Positions 37,805 through 52,145 are shown, counted from the first letter of the stretch. The stretch: 64,000 bases of DNA from Camelus dromedarius (GCF_036321535.1 NC_087436.1:106456001-106520000); one strand, 5' to 3'. The notes: generated by a model from the sequence alone, not told the origin. Numbers and translations: made by a program.

Positions 37805-37909
37805 ATCTGGCTACTACTATGAGGCAGGACACTGCAGACACCCAACGCACCGAAATTCTCCGCTGTGCGCAAGATCACGTTCAAGATCACCCTGCAGCCG
37901 GCGGCCCAG
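37805..37909 (+). CDS. PPARGC1A: PGC-1alpha exon 9 (RS domain)
   Basis: poly-C tract ccag|ATCTGGC...CCCAG|gtaatg; 105 nt; SGYYYEAGHCRHPTHRNSPLCARSRSRSPCSRRPR. Confidence 0.95.
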
Positions 37910-38051
37910 GTAATGGTGCCTCCTGCTCCGCCCCTCCCCTCCTCATGGATGACCAGGTGTTTTCTAAAACCCCGCCCCCTCCCCAGTTTGTGATAAGTTT
38001 GGCTCGTGCAAATGGAGGTGGTTGACTTAATGATGAAGTTATGTTTCTCAG

Positions 38052-38172
38052 GTATGACAGCTACGAGGAGTATCAGCACGAGAGGCTGAAGAGGGAAGAA
38101 TACCGCAAAGAGTATGAGAAACGGGAGTCTGAAAGGGCCAAACAAAGGGAGAGGCAGAGGCAGAAGGCAATT
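38052..38172 (+). CDS. PPARGC1A: PGC-1alpha exon 10 (E/R-rich segment)
   Basis: tctcag|GTATGACAGC...GCAATT|gtaagc; 121 nt; YDSYEEYQHERLKREEYRKEYEKRESERAKQRERQRQKAI. Confidence 0.97.
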
Positions 38173-40670
38173 GTAAGCAGCTTGGAGCTAACTTTCATTT
38201 TACGGGAGGGTTTCTTTCTTTCTTTCTTTTTTTCTTCTTTCTTTTCTTTTTCTTTTTCCTTCTGTCTTTTTTGGGGGGTAGATTAGAAACTAAAATAAAG
38301 ACTCTATTAGAATATGCCATATTTGGCCTTTTGACTTTAAAGCATCAGTGAGTCCTCAATCCCTCTTAATACAGATTATTGGAAAACAAAATGTTAGGTC
38401 AGTGTATTTCTCATTCATACTACCTATTTCTTATTCATCTTGAAGCTCATTACTGTTTTTTGACTTTTGTTTCTAAAAATGGTGGGAGGGGAGATTTATT
38501 CAGTCAGATAACTGGTCCCATGGGGCCAGAGGATGAGTTTTTCTTAATATTCTCTGCTGATTTTTTTCTGTGAGTAGATATCTCTGTTTGGTTTCAGTTT
38601 TTGTCTTTCTGGCAGGCATAAAGATTGGATTGTCCATGAGGAGACTGGATTCAAGTTAGATTTAAAGGAGGCGGTAGAGAAAGATTTGCTAAGAATGTCA
38701 TCATTTCTTCCTTGTGCTGGTTCAACCCAGCACCCACATTTCTTATGAATCACTTTTAAGTAACCTATTATGGATTTCAGCACCACTTACTGCAGGGTAT
38801 TGCATTAACTTGACATATCAAGAGGACTGACCCTTTGGGGTAAGGCTCCAGGTTAGGTGAATCTAGTTTATTCTCTGTTGGTCAGACCTTAGAAGATAAA
38901 AATGAGACCCTCCAAATGTTAGCCCAGTACTTGTCCAAGGCAAAGATTCCTAATTAATTAGGGAACTCTTTCCAACTGTGCCCCCAGAGAGCCTTAAGGA
39001 CTTTCCCAATATGGTGCTCCAGGGAGCCATGACCAATCCATCAGAAATGGCACTGTTTTTGTACATTGCAGCTGCTGTCTGTCTGTGCTAGCTGCTCAGA
39101 GTCATTTGAGTGAAGATCAGCCTTTCATGCATCTTGCCTATAAGCTAACCAGGGCTTAGGGAAATTATTTTTAACTGTAAAGTTTAGATTTCCATGGTAC
39201 CTTTAAGACAAACCATTACCATCAACAAAATCTTGAAAAACCTACATAAAAGAGCTGACTAATGGAGTCAAAATCAAGCATTGGCAACAGTTATCAGCTG
39301 GAGGAAAAAGGTTAACTGAGAGGCTTGGTAACTCAGGCACTCAAGGAGAAGAAAGGGAGGAGTAATTTAATACTTAGGCTAAAGGTCTAGGTTTTGCTGC
39401 TGTTTAACTTTGAATCTATGTAAGACCGAACCAAAGGCCTTGTGCAAATTATAACACTTTTCCTCATTTTTCTCAACTTTCAAATGAGCTGTGATATTAA
39501 GGTCTGCCAGAGTATCATTAGTTAACACTTAAAAAGACTAATGAAAATTGAAAATTCAATTTTTCTAATGTTGCTGTTTTTAATTAATAGCCTATTCAGT
39601 AATTACAATAACTCACATTGATAGAACGCCACATAGTTTACAAAGCCTTGTGATGTGGCGCATTGCTATTAATCTTTACAAAAGAGAATCGTGTTGAGTA
39701 AGCATATAGAAGACAGTTATTTTAGTGTTTTCAAATTCATGTTTGATAAAAAAATCTTCATGTGTCTTCTCAAAAGAGTGACACTAAAGAGAGAAATTGA
39801 TTTATCACATATCTGCTCATTTGAACAAAATATAACACAGCTATGACCAAAGCTGTGTAGATAAATGTAGAGAAATGACATATCCTTATTCCATTCCTTC
39901 CAAAGATGATTTGGTGCTAGATACTTACTAGAGTGAAGAAAGGAGGGGTCTTTTTGCTAGTTAGGCTTTTTCCAAATAGATCAAATAGTGAGATTGGTCT
40001 ACATTCTACAGTTGATGCCTGAGCCAAAGGCACTCTTGAGGTCACTTGCTCTGGTTTAGAAGCAGATACACTCTGCCCTTCCTTTGTGTCACAAATGTTG
40101 ACCAGTTCCTTAGTTAATTCTTTGACAAGGACAGTCTTTATCCTTTGAAAGATAGCTTAGTGCAAATGTCAACTTGCCTTATTTTAAATTATTATAAATT
40201 AACTAGATATTTGTGAGAGTTTTGGCTTTGAGATTTTTATTTTTTTTTTTAAAGCAGATTGAAAAAAGAAAACTAGGCGTAGAGATTGTTTACTTTACTC
40301 ATAGGTAGTAAGAGCATAATATAAAGATTTGGGACTTACTGTTAAACCAACTTCCACTTGGATAATTGTATACTATTTCTGCTTAACAGAAGTGAAAACG
40401 CATGACTTTAAGTGCAAACATTTGGTAGGTGCTTGGGATAGAAAATTAGGTAAGACCTAGTCCCTACATCCAGGGAACTTCAAGTCTACTGGCTAATAAA
40501 GATACACAAAGAAGCAATAGGATGTGTTAATTGCTATTGTAATGGATCCATCTAAGGTACTGAGGTGGCATATGAGTGGGAACCCATCCCCGGGAATGAG
40601 GGAGGGCATCCCTGCAGAGGGTGAGATCGATTTGAAACCTAAAGGGAGGGAAGGACAAAGGTTTTCTACA

Positions 40671-40955
40671 CCTGTGCGATCCAGTACGGTAGCCATTAGC
40701 TGCAAGGCTAGTTCAGCCAGTCCAAAATTTAGATGCACTCTAAGAGGATTAGATTTTGAAGACAGTACCAAAAAAGAATGTAAAATACTTCATTAATATT
40801 TTATATCAATGACAAGTTAAAACAATAATATTTTGGCTATATTGAGTCAAGTAAAATATATTATTAAAATTAAATTTGTTTCTTTTTACTTTTTAAAATG
40901 TGCCTCAGAAAATTTAAAAGTTGTATATGGTGTTTTATATTTTCATTGGGAATTA
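40671..40955. mobile_element. MER33-like hAT-Charlie relic
   Basis: CTGTGCGATCCAGTACGGTAGCCATTAGC...AAAGAATGTAAAATA..CATTAATATTTTATAT...AATATATTATTAAAATTAA. Confidence 0.65.
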
Positions 40956-43900
40956 GTCTTCTAGGCAGAGACTTTAGCTCATACTAAATCTCTGGAAAAG
41001 ATCAAGGTGTGTTGGGAAACTGCTAGTCATTTAATTAGAACACTGGGCTACAGCAGTGGCAGAAAATAAATCTGGAGGGTTCCAGATCCTTGAAGGGTCT
41101 TGTAAGTCATAATATTTTGAAGACTATCTGAAAGGCATAGTGGAACTGTTTAATGAGATTCCCCATGGGAAGTTTTTCTGATTGATCTCCCTCAAAATGA
41201 TCTGCTTTTTTGTGCCATAATGTGTTTGTGAAGTATATTTTTATGGACTTGGGCAAGGAGAGTCAGGCATTGATTTTTGACTTATTTGGCTAGATTGGCT
41301 TGAAAAGTCATTCGTGGAACAGCTAGAAGAACTTAGGACAGTTTGCCCAAGTCGCCGGGAAGGTGATTTCCATCCAGTTTGCTGAGACATCCTTAAAGTC
41401 ATGAATCGGTAGCAAATTACATATGGAATATTGTGAGTGTGGGGCTGGATGATTCATTAATTCGAATCAATCCCATAATTAGAAGACCAGCAAAAGGAAA
41501 TGAAAGTCTCCAAAAGGAAATGAAAAAAAAAATGTTAAAATCATGTAATGATATTTTACAAAATTTGTCATCTTTGCCACCTTGCTCTTATTATTGTATT
41601 ATTATTTATTATAATTTTTTTAATTCCATAAGAAGGAGATGGTTTAGGCCATCTATAAACTTTTTATTGTTTATGCCTCTAAAAGTCTTTATTCAGACCA
41701 ACTTCAGTGCGTCACGTCAGAGTTAAGAAGAGAATACTCATTAGTAATTACTAACACAGACTCATGTGTTGTGGTTGAATCTTGCCATTGTTTAAGTTGC
41801 TGCTTTCCTCCAATTTCCATCCCTACACTCTCAAAAACCAGTTCACTCTCTGCTTATCTCAGTCTTGTAGGCCTGAAATAATTCAGGTTATATTGGAACT
41901 CTGCAAGCCAGAGTTTAGTGCTTAATGTCTAAACTGTCAGTGTTCTAATTTCTCGTGGAGTTCTAAGTCCAACTTCATTTGCAATCTCTACAGTTTCCCG
42001 CCAGAAAACATGATAATGGGATGTTAATTTTAAGGGCAAATCTAGACATTATGAAATGGCTCAGTGCTTAAAACCGAAACCAGATGTGCTTGGGCGATGA
42101 CTGCGCCATTTCTTTTCTCTTCTCCGTGGGTCAGTCTGCAGCCCAGGAGCCAGAAACAGTGCATCGTCACTGATAATGATCAGCTTCTTCCAAATGAAAA
42201 AAATAAATGTGTAATTTCTCAGTTATTCTTTTCAGAGAAAATAAAATTTTCTATTCAAGCCTTTTTCAAGAGCTCTTCCGTATGGGTGAATATGTTATAT
42301 TAGGAGTCTAAACTCACTTCTTAGAAATTTTTCAGTTTTAGGAAAAGTGGTTACACATACACTCAGCCTATAGTTTTCATGTTTTCTGACATCACTGTGT
42401 TTACTTGCATCTTAGCTTTTATTTGTGTATTAGCTCTTAAGTAGACTAGCCTGGATTTATGCACATTTATCCAACTTTAGACAGTAAAGAGTATTCTCGA
42501 TAGAACTTGGATGGAGGTGATGTTGGTAAACTGGATGCTGTAGTTTTGTTTCTCCCCTGAGAGTGCTCCCCTAGTAGCAGGCACTTACTGAACACCTCCT
42601 TCATCAGATGAGTGTCCTTAATATTAAAGACAAGAGAAAAAAGAAAAAGCTTTTGTTTTGGCATTTTGACAGTGTTTTGGCCTTTGTTTCTCTGTCCATC
42701 CACACCTTTTCATGGCCATTCACTACTTTCACTTTACATTTTAGATAGAGAACCTAGCTGTACCACCCACTCTAGAAGTAGCCTGGCTTTGATCCATTCA
42801 TCTCATCTTTACTATATGTCATATACTTGGAATTTTTGAGGAAGTTAGGTTGCAATTAATCTGGAAATGAACATAAATCTTTCATTGCAGTTTCCTTAGC
42901 ATAGGAAGAGAACTTTTTACATTATCCTGACTTGGGAAATGTATACTAAAAGTTCTGAGAACCAAAATCCAAATTATCTCAGGCTGTTCCTTGTTGTTAC
43001 CTAGCACTGCAGAGCGTTTTAGTGAGGTAACCCACGAAAAAGCATCCAGCACGGTCCTTGGCATATATTAGAATTCAGTAAATGTTCATTTCCCTACTAG
43101 TTTCCTTTTCTTCTTAGTCAAACCCCTTTTACCAGGCATAGCTTATTTCTTGATGAGAAACAACCATTGTATGTTTTCCCCAGCTAACTGGAAGGCTCTG
43201 TACTCTTTTGATAAAGATTTTGATAATGCAAATTCAGTTAATTCAGTCAGGGTTTTTTTTTTTCTTTTTTCCTTTCTTAATCCCCTGTGTTTTGATATAA
43301 TGAGGAGTTACCATACCTGTTAATGCAACATAAATCTTCAATTTTATTATCCACCCCATCAGCAAACTAGCTTTTGTGAAAATTAAAGCCAAAAGATACT
43401 TGATAAATGTTCCATCCTCCTCGATAGTGAAAACTGGTCTGAAAATCATTTTTCAAGGAGCCTTTCCAAAGGTTTAGAGTTCCTCCAAGCCTTTAAGAAG
43501 TTGGAAATGTTATTAAGCATTTTGATTTCTTTTCCTTTCATCTCCTGTTTAGAAATTAATGTCTTGAAAAATTGGCTGCAAATGTTAAGGTTTTTTAAAG
43601 ATATGGAATCTATTAATCTGCCTAATAAAACTGCAACATGTTAAAAATAATCGGTTCTTTGCTAGACATTTTGGCCAGTCTTGGAAAGATTTTTGTCTTT
43701 GCTTTTTAGACCTTAGATGCCTGTTAGCTTCAATTTTAGCTCTAGGAAAACCAGGCACTATAATTATTTTCTTAAATGAGAATTTCTACATGTATTCAAT
43801 CTCTGATCTTTGTAAGGTAGCAAGACGTGGTCCCAGTCCTATGTTGCATAAAAGGAGATGATAGTCAGATAGGTAATTTAAGTGATTATGGACCAGCTCT

Positions 43901-44864
43901 TTGGATTTCTGTCTTTCCTGTCTAGGTTGTATCTTCTTTTTACTGCAGAATGTATCAGTATTGGATATAAAAGGTCCTCTGGTTTATCTTCTTTGTGGGA
44001 TTATTGTTGCATACCATTTTGTATAAAGAAGCAATTCAGAGACTATCCCAATATGTCTGCATATGGGCATGCATATGGTCGATTTCGCTTTAACTCTGAA
44101 TTTCCTTGAATACGAACATAGGCTGTGTGTGTTCCCATAACAGTAGTTGAACGATTTCTTTGTGATGGTTCAGTTTCTTTCTCTCCCTTCTGCATTTCCT
44201 CCTCCTTTGCCTTCATACAGTAGTAACCTTCTGAAAAATGCTCATTAAAAAAAGAAAATGCATAACAGTCATGCAAGCAGGCGCCAGGAAGTTTAGATAA
44301 CAGTCCCATCACATTTGGCTGTTTGGCTAGAGCACACTGCGTAAATAGAATGGAATGCGGTGTTATGATTCCCTTGCTCAAGTGTACAGCAGTACTCCAG
44401 GATAAGCCTCACTCTCCATTTATATTTATTGACCTCCAGGATGTGCTGGGTGCTCTGAAACAGCACAATTACTACCTTAAATTGAGATATACAATCTACA
44501 TGGAAGTGAATCAGGCAGCCTCCTCTGCTTACTGTACTTCATCTGGTCAGTTATTTAGGCTCAGTGGCCATTTTCAGAAGTATTGTGTTTTACCAAGTCT
44601 TTCAGCAGAGTAAGAAAAGTGAGAGTCCTGCAAACAAGTAGTTACCCCACACTTCTTACAAAACCAAACCTGCAAAACCAAATCATAGATACTTTTTCGT
44701 ACAGTCAGCTGAGCTACTGGGGCAAGATTTTTCCTGTGAAAAAGGACCAAACCTGATTTTCATTCTCCATTGTCTTAGAGAGTCTCAGAGAGTAAGGGCC
44801 ACACTTAGGCATCTTTGATGTGATGAAAGGTGTGACATTAAGTATTTGATTGGCAATTGATTGA

Positions 44865-47800
44865 TACTTCGACAAATATTCAATAAGAAGACTCCTGTGT
44901 TTCAGGGACCCTTAAAATATAATAGCCAATAGGACTTATATGGTCTCTGCTTTCATGAAGTTTTCATTGTAGGGGGAGATAGACATTAAGTAATGAATAT
45001 GGAGAGATAAGATGAAACCCCAGAAGAACAACTGAGTGAAGTGCAGATAGGCAATCTACCTGAGAAAGAGTTCAGAGTAATTGTAAAGATGATCCAAGAA
45101 CTCAGGAGAACAGACGCACAGAGTAAGAAGTTAGAAGTTTTTAATGAAGAGTTAGAATATGTAAAGAACAACCAAACAGAGTTGAAGAATACAATAACTG
45201 AAATGAAAAATACACTAGAAGGACAGTAGAATAAATGAGGTAGAAGAATGGATCAGTGAGCTGGAAGACAGAGTAGTGGAAATCACTGTTGCAGAACAGA
45301 ATAAAGAAAAAAGAATGAAAAGAAATGAAGACAGTTTAAGAGACTTCTGAGACAACACCAAGTGCACTAACAATCACATTATAGGTGTCACAGAAGGAGA
45401 AGAGAGAGAGAAAGGGCCTGAGGAAATATTTGAAGAGATAATAGCTGAAAACTTTCCTAACCTGGGAAAGGAAACAGTCTCCCAAGTCCAGTGAGTACAG
45501 AGAGTCCTATACAGGATTAACCCAAAGAGGAATGCACCAAGACACATAGTAATCAAACTGACAAAAATTAAAGATAAAGAGACAATATTAAAAGCAACAA
45601 GAGAAAAGCAACAAGTAACATACAAGGGAACCCCCATAAGGATATCAGCTGTTTTTTCAGCAGAAACTCTGCAGGCCAGAAGGGAGTGGCATGATATATT
45701 TAAAGTGATAGAAGGGAAAAACCTACAATCAAGAATTCTCTACCCTACAAGGCTGTCATTCAGATTTGATGGAGAAATCAAGAGCTTTCAGACAAGCAAA
45801 AGCTAAAAGAATTCAGCACCACCAAACTAGCTTTATAACAAATGCCAGAGGAACTTGTCTAGGTAGAAAAGGCTACAACCAGAAACAAGACTCTTATGAA
45901 ATGGAAAAGCTCATCAGTAAAGGCAAACATACAGCAAAGGTAGGGGATCATCCATACACAAACTAATCAGGAGGTTAAAAAACAAAAGTAGTAAAATCAT
46001 CTGTATCCACAATAAGCAGTTAAGGGATACATAATACAATTAGATGTAAAATATAATATCAAAACCAATAATTGTGAGGGGAGAAGAGTACAAATGTAGG
46101 GTACTTAAAATGCATTTGAAATTAAGAGATCATCAACTTAAAGCAATCACATATATATATATATAGGTTGCTATACCAAAACCTCATGGGAACCACAAAT
46201 CAAAAATCTATAATAGATATGCACACAGAAAAGAAAAAGGAATCCAAACATAGCACTAAAGCTAGTCATCAAATCACAAAAGAAGAGACCAAAATAAGGA
46301 TGGGGAGCAAAAGATCTACAGAAATCCAAAACAGTTAACAAAATGGCAATAAGAACATACCTATAGACAATTACCTTAAATTTAAATGTACTAAATGCTC
46401 CAACCAAAAGACATAGACTGGCTAAATGGATACAAAAACAAGACCCATATATATGCTGTCTACAAGAGACCGACTTCATATCTAGAGACACATACAGATT
46501 GAAAATGAGAGGATGGAAAAAAGCATTCCATCTGAAAGCAGCAGTATAGACATTATTTTCAAGTACACATGGATTATTATCCAGGATAGATCATGTGCTG
46601 GACCATAAAGCAAGCCCTGGTAAATTTAAGAAAATTGAAATCATATCAAGCTTTTCTGATCACAGCACTATGAGATTAGAAATCAACAAGAAAAAAACTG
46701 CAAAAAGCACAAACATGAGGCTAAATAATATGCTAATAAACAACCAATGGATGACTGAAGAAGTCAAAGAGGAAATCAAAAAATACTTAGAGACAAATGA
46801 AAATAAGAACAGGATGATCCAAAATCTATGGGATGCAGAAAAGCAGTTCTAAGAGGGAAGTTTATAGCGATACAAGCTTACCTGATGAAACAAGAAAAAA
46901 CCTCAAATAAACAACCTCACCTTACACCTAAAGCAACTAGAGAAAGAAGAACAAATGAAACCCAAAGTTAGTAGAAGGAAATAAATCATACAGATCAGAG
47001 CAGAAGCAAATAAAAGAGACCAAAACAAACAAAAAAGTCAAAAAATAATAGAAAAAAATCAATGAAACTAAAAGCTGATTTTTTTGAAAAGATGAGCAAA
47101 TTGATAAACCTTTAGCCTGACTCATCAAGAAAAAAAGGGAGAGGCCCCAAATCAAGAAAATCAGAAATGAAAAAAGTAGAAGTTACAACCAACACTACAG
47201 AAATGCAGAGGACCGTAGGAGACTACCATGAACGACTGTATGCCAATAAAACGCGCAACCGAGAGGAGAGAGACAAATTCTTAGAAAGGCACAATCTCCC
47301 AAGACTGAACCAGGAAGAAACAGAAAGTATGACCAGACTAGTTACCAGTACTGAAACTGAGTCAGTAATTAAAAAACATCCAACAAACAAAAGCCCAGGA
47401 TCAGATAGCTTCACAGGCAAATCCTACCAAACATATAGAGAAGAGTTAATACTTAACCTTCTGAAACTGTTCCAAAACAGTGCAGAGGAAGAAACACTTC
47501 TGACTCATTTTATGAGGCCACCATCACCCCAATACCAAAACCAAGGACACCACAAAAAAAGAACAGACCAGGATCACTGATGGACACAGATGCAAAGTCC
47601 TCAGCAAGATACTAGCAAATCAACTCCATCAGTGCATTAAAGGGATCATACACCACGATCAAGTGGGATTTACTTTGCCAGGGATGCAAGGATTTTTCAA
47701 TATCCATGAATCAGTCAGGGTGACACACCACATTAACAAACTGAGGAATAAAAACTATATGATCATCTCAATAGATGCAGAGAATGCTTTTGATAAAACT

Positions 47801-50720
47801 CAACATCTATTTATGATAAAAAACTCTCAAGAATGTGAGCATAGAGGGAACATACCTCACCGTAATAAAGGCCATATATGACAAATCCACAGCTAACATC
47901 ATACTCAATAGGAAAAAGCTGAAAGTATTTCCTTTGAGATCAGGAACAAGATAAGGAATCTTGCCACTTTTATTCAACATAGTTTTGGGAGTTCTAGCCA
48001 CAGAAATCAGAGAGGAAAACGGAATAAAAGGAATCCAAATTGGAAAATAAATGGTAAAACTGTCACTGTTTGCAGATGACATGATACTATACATAGAAAA
48101 TTCTAAAGACACTACCAGAAAACTGGTAGAGCTCATCAGTGAACTCAGTAAAGTGGCAGGCCACGAAATTAATACACAGAAATCTGTTGCATTTCTATAC
48201 ATTAACAATGAAATATCAGAAAGAGAAGTTAAATAAACAACCCCATTTACCATCACATCAAAAAGAATAAAATACCTAGGAATAAACCTACCTAAAGAGA
48301 CAACAGACCTGTATTCTGAAAACGATGACACTGATGAAAGAAATTAGAGATGACACAAACAGATAGAAAGATATACTGTGTTCTTGGATTGGAAGAATCA
48401 ATGTTATTAAAAGGGTCATACTACCTAAGGCATCCTACAGATTCAGTGCAATTTCTATCAAATTACCAAAGGCATTTTTCACAGAACTAGAACAAAAAAT
48501 GTTAAAAATTTGTATGGAAACACAGAACACCCCAAATAACCAAAACAATCTTGAGAAAGAAGAAGGGAGCTGGAGGAATCATGCTCCCTGACTTTAGACT
48601 ATACTACAAAGCTACAGTAATCAAAACAGTATGATACTGGCACAAACACAGAAATACAGATCAATGGAACAGGATAGAAAGCCCAGAAGTAAATCTACAC
48701 ATTTGTGGTCAATTAATCTATGACAAAGGGGGAAAGAATATACAATAGAGGAAAAAGAGTCTCTTTAATAAGTGGGGCTGGGAAAACTGGATAGCTACAT
48801 GTAAAAGATAGAACATTCTCTAATGTCATATACAAAAATAAACTCAAATGTATTAAAGACCTAAATGTAAGATCACAAATTATTCGAGAAATGCAAATCA
48901 AAACCACAATGAGTTATCACATTACACCAGTCAGAATGGCCATTGTTAAAAAAATTCACAAACAATAAACGCTGGAGAGAGTGTGGAGAAAAGAGAACCC
49001 TCATACACTGTTTAGTGGGAATGTAAATTGATGCAGTCACTATGGAGAACAGTATGGAGTTTCCTTAAAAACTAAAAATAGTTACCATATGATCCAGCAA
49101 TCCCACTCTTGGGCATATATCTTGAGAAAACTATAATTCAAAAAAGACACATGCACCCCAATGTTCATGGCAGCACTGTTTACAATAGCCAAGACATGGA
49201 AATAGCCTAGATGTCCATCAATAGATGAATGGATAAAGAAGATGTGTTATATATATATATATACAATAGAATGTTACTCAGCCGTACAAAAAGAATGAAA
49301 TAATGCCATTGCAGCAACATGGATGGACATAGAGATTATCATAGTAAGTGAATTAAGTCAGATAGAGAAAGACAAATATATGATATTGCTTATACATGGA
49401 ATCTAAAAATATGACACAAATGAAATTATTTAAAAATAGAAACAGACTCACAGACATAGAAAACAAATTTATGGTTACCAAAGGGTAAAGGTGGGGAGGG
49501 ATAAGTTAGGAGTTTGGGATTAACAAATACACACTACTATATATAAAATAGCTAACCAACAAGGACCTACTGTATAGCACAGGGAACTATATTCAATATC
49601 TTGTAATAACCTATAATGGAAAAGAATCTGAAAAAGAAGAAATATATACGTGTGTGTGTGTATATATATAGATATATATATACACATATAGGTGAATCAC
49701 TTTGCCATGTACCTGAAACTGACACGACATTGTAAATCAACTATACTTCAATAAAAAAGAATATTGAAAAACAATGAATAATTACTTCATTACAATTGGG
49801 CACAGAACTACGAAAGAGAAGTTGAGTGTTCTGTAAGAGCACCTTATAATAGGAATCCTGCCCTTATCTCAAGTCTCAGAAAGGAAGTGACTGTTGTGTC
49901 CAGTGTGATTCTAGACAGCCTGTCTATGTCAGTGGAGGGAAGGAGAGGTAGTGTGGGAAGGATGTTCCAAGTAGCAGAGGAACAGCTTGTGCCAAAACCT
50001 TAGGAAAGGAAGAATCGCAGTGTATACTAGGGACTGATAGAAAATCAATGTGGCTGGAAATAGAGGAAAGGAAAGAACAGGATGTGGGAGCTGAAGCTGA
50101 GATGACAACAGGTCCAGACCCTGAAGGGCCCGGTAGGTCCCATTAATGATTTAGGTCTTTCCTTAGATGTTATGAGAAACTACTGAAATAGTTTTGCTAG
50201 TAATTGGCATGATCGGATTCCTGTTTCCATAGCAAAGACTATTCTGACTCAAGTGAAAGAATAGATTGGAAGAGGGTGAACCCAGACACAGGATCAAATT
50301 ACAAGGCCGTTACACTCATCCACAAAGAGATGCTGGCAGCTTGATTGAGGGGAGATGTAGTAAAGGAGACAGATTAGAGAGATTTAGGAAGTAAAAAGCA
50401 ACAGGACTTAATGAGTGATAACAGGGTATATGGAGGGGACTAAGAAGGAAGAAGCAAAGAAGGCACTGAAGTCTTTGTTTTTAGTAACTCGCTGGATGGT
50501 GTCCGTTTCACTGATACAGTGCAGAAAGCCCCATTGGAGAAAGGGTGGAACTAGAGAGTTTGGTTTGGGTAATGTTGGTTTAGTTTGAAGTACCTAGGGG
50601 ACATCCAACCCAAGAGGTCAAATAGGTCATTGACTACTTGAATCTGAAGCTCAGGGGAATGTCCCTGATGAAAATAGAAAGATGAGCGTTGCATATGGTA
50701 AAAGAAGACGAGGATAGTCC
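44865..50720 (-). mobile_element. L2 relic split by the L1 insertion (segments ~44865-44999 and ~49781-50720)
   Basis: L2 3' end motifs (CAAATATT, GGTCTCTGCTTTCATGAAG, AGGGGGAGATAGACATT) upstream continue downstream of the L1 (GGAACAGCTTGTGCCAAA, TTTGAAGTACCTAGGGGACATCCAA). Confidence 0.65.
45000..49768 (+). mobile_element. Decayed 5'-truncated LINE-1 (partial ORF1, ORF2 with stops, frameshifts and deletions, 3'UTR, polyA), sense to the gene, in intron 10
   Basis: ORF1 peptide NLPEKEFRVIVKMIQEL; ORF2 from ~46343 (MAIRT); reverse transcriptase motif LFADDMILY at ~48066; cetartiodactyl-type 3'UTR ending ATACTTCAATAAAAAA; candidate TSD AATGAATA at 44992-44999 and 49773-49780. Confidence 0.95.
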
Positions 50721-51409
50721 ACGTAGGAGAGGATCTCTCTATGTGTTATAGAGCCTATGAATTCTTCAGTTACATTTCAGAAACACTGAGTGTCCAATCT
50801 TTGCCAGGTCCTTTGCTAAAAACTGAGCACATAAGGAAAAGGAAATATGTTCAATAAATAACATAGGATATCTCTTTGCCTAACCTACTTTTTATATCAT
50901 CCAAGACACAGTCAGAGAAAACTCTTAGGCAAACTAAACTAAATGCATACCTAGTCCTGTGTTTCCTAGTCTCTGTTTCCATCTAATTTAAATCTCTCCA
51001 ACCTTAAGTTCATTTTATTCCTGTTTGTCCTTGAAAGACATACAGACTAGTTGGTAAGCACATTTGTTATATTAACTTCTTATGTTCTTGAAAAACCTTT
51101 TCTCGGTTTTGAGAGACGTCATCACCTTTGGCCTTGTCTTTTTGGAACAAGGGATGTAGGATTACTTCTTATACTAAGAATGTGTTCTTATTCTTTAAAA
51201 AATGAATCCATCCTCAGGCTATAAAATATTCCTCCCATATTTTGTAGGTTATAAATTATTGTTGACTTTCAGATTGTGATGATTTTGACTCCACTTGTGA
51301 AAATTAGGCCCCACCCATTAGTCTGTTCCTAAAAGATTCCTTGGCAAAGTGAAATTTATAGCCTCTTTTATAGTTCATATTCTTCAGAGACCCATGGCTT
51401 AAAATGGCC

Positions 51410-51615
51410 TACGTTTTAAGACAGTCTTTTTAAAGACGTTGTCTTTTGACCACCTGTATCAGAATCCCTGGGGTGTGCCTGTTAAAAATAAAGAGCATTG
51501 AACCCTATCTTCCAAATGTTTTAAATACAGCTGGAATAAACCCCAATAATTTGCATTTTTAGTAAGCACCCTGAATAATCTGTATTTATACTAGAGTTTA
51601 AGAATCAATGTTTTG
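51410..51615. mobile_element. MER5A-like relic
   Basis: CACCTGTATCAGAATCCCTGGGGTG..GTTAAAAAT...AATTTGCATTTTTAGTAAGCACCC..AGTTTAAGAATCA. Confidence 0.55.
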
Positions 51616-52145
51616 AGGGGTGTCAAAATTTGTACATCAAACTATCATGCTGTACACCTTAAAATTATACAGCAATGTATGTCAACTATTTGTCAATGGA
51701 ACTGAAAAAATTTGTACATCTTATTATTAAAATTATGAGTTAATGAGAAAGTAAACAGTTTTGGAAGCCAGGTCAGTTTGTTACCAATTTTGAAGAATAA
51801 TCAAGTCAAAGTGTTAAAAAATATTTAATAGGTATGGTTCAGCTACTTAGTGATAAAAAGATGGTGTTACACATATTTCTTCTATAATACATCAAATTTC
51901 ATGTGACAAGGGAACAGGGATGGATAGGAAAAATAGAGGAGCGTGCATGTGAGAAAGAGAGAAATAGAACGTAAAACTTGACTCAAGTGCAGTCTTTCGT
52001 TCAGTTTGCGTGTGCGTTTTGCTTTAATCGGCATGCTCTGGGGGGTTCTTGTTATGCATGCGTTGTACCTTTGTGAACGTTTCTAGTATTCAACTTCTTT
52101 CCTGTCTCCAGAACTAGCAAGTCTCCCCTCACTTCCCCCCCCTAG

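Noticed and set aside
45041..48907. L1 ORF fragments as functional genes
   Set aside because: Many stops, frameshifts and two large deletions.
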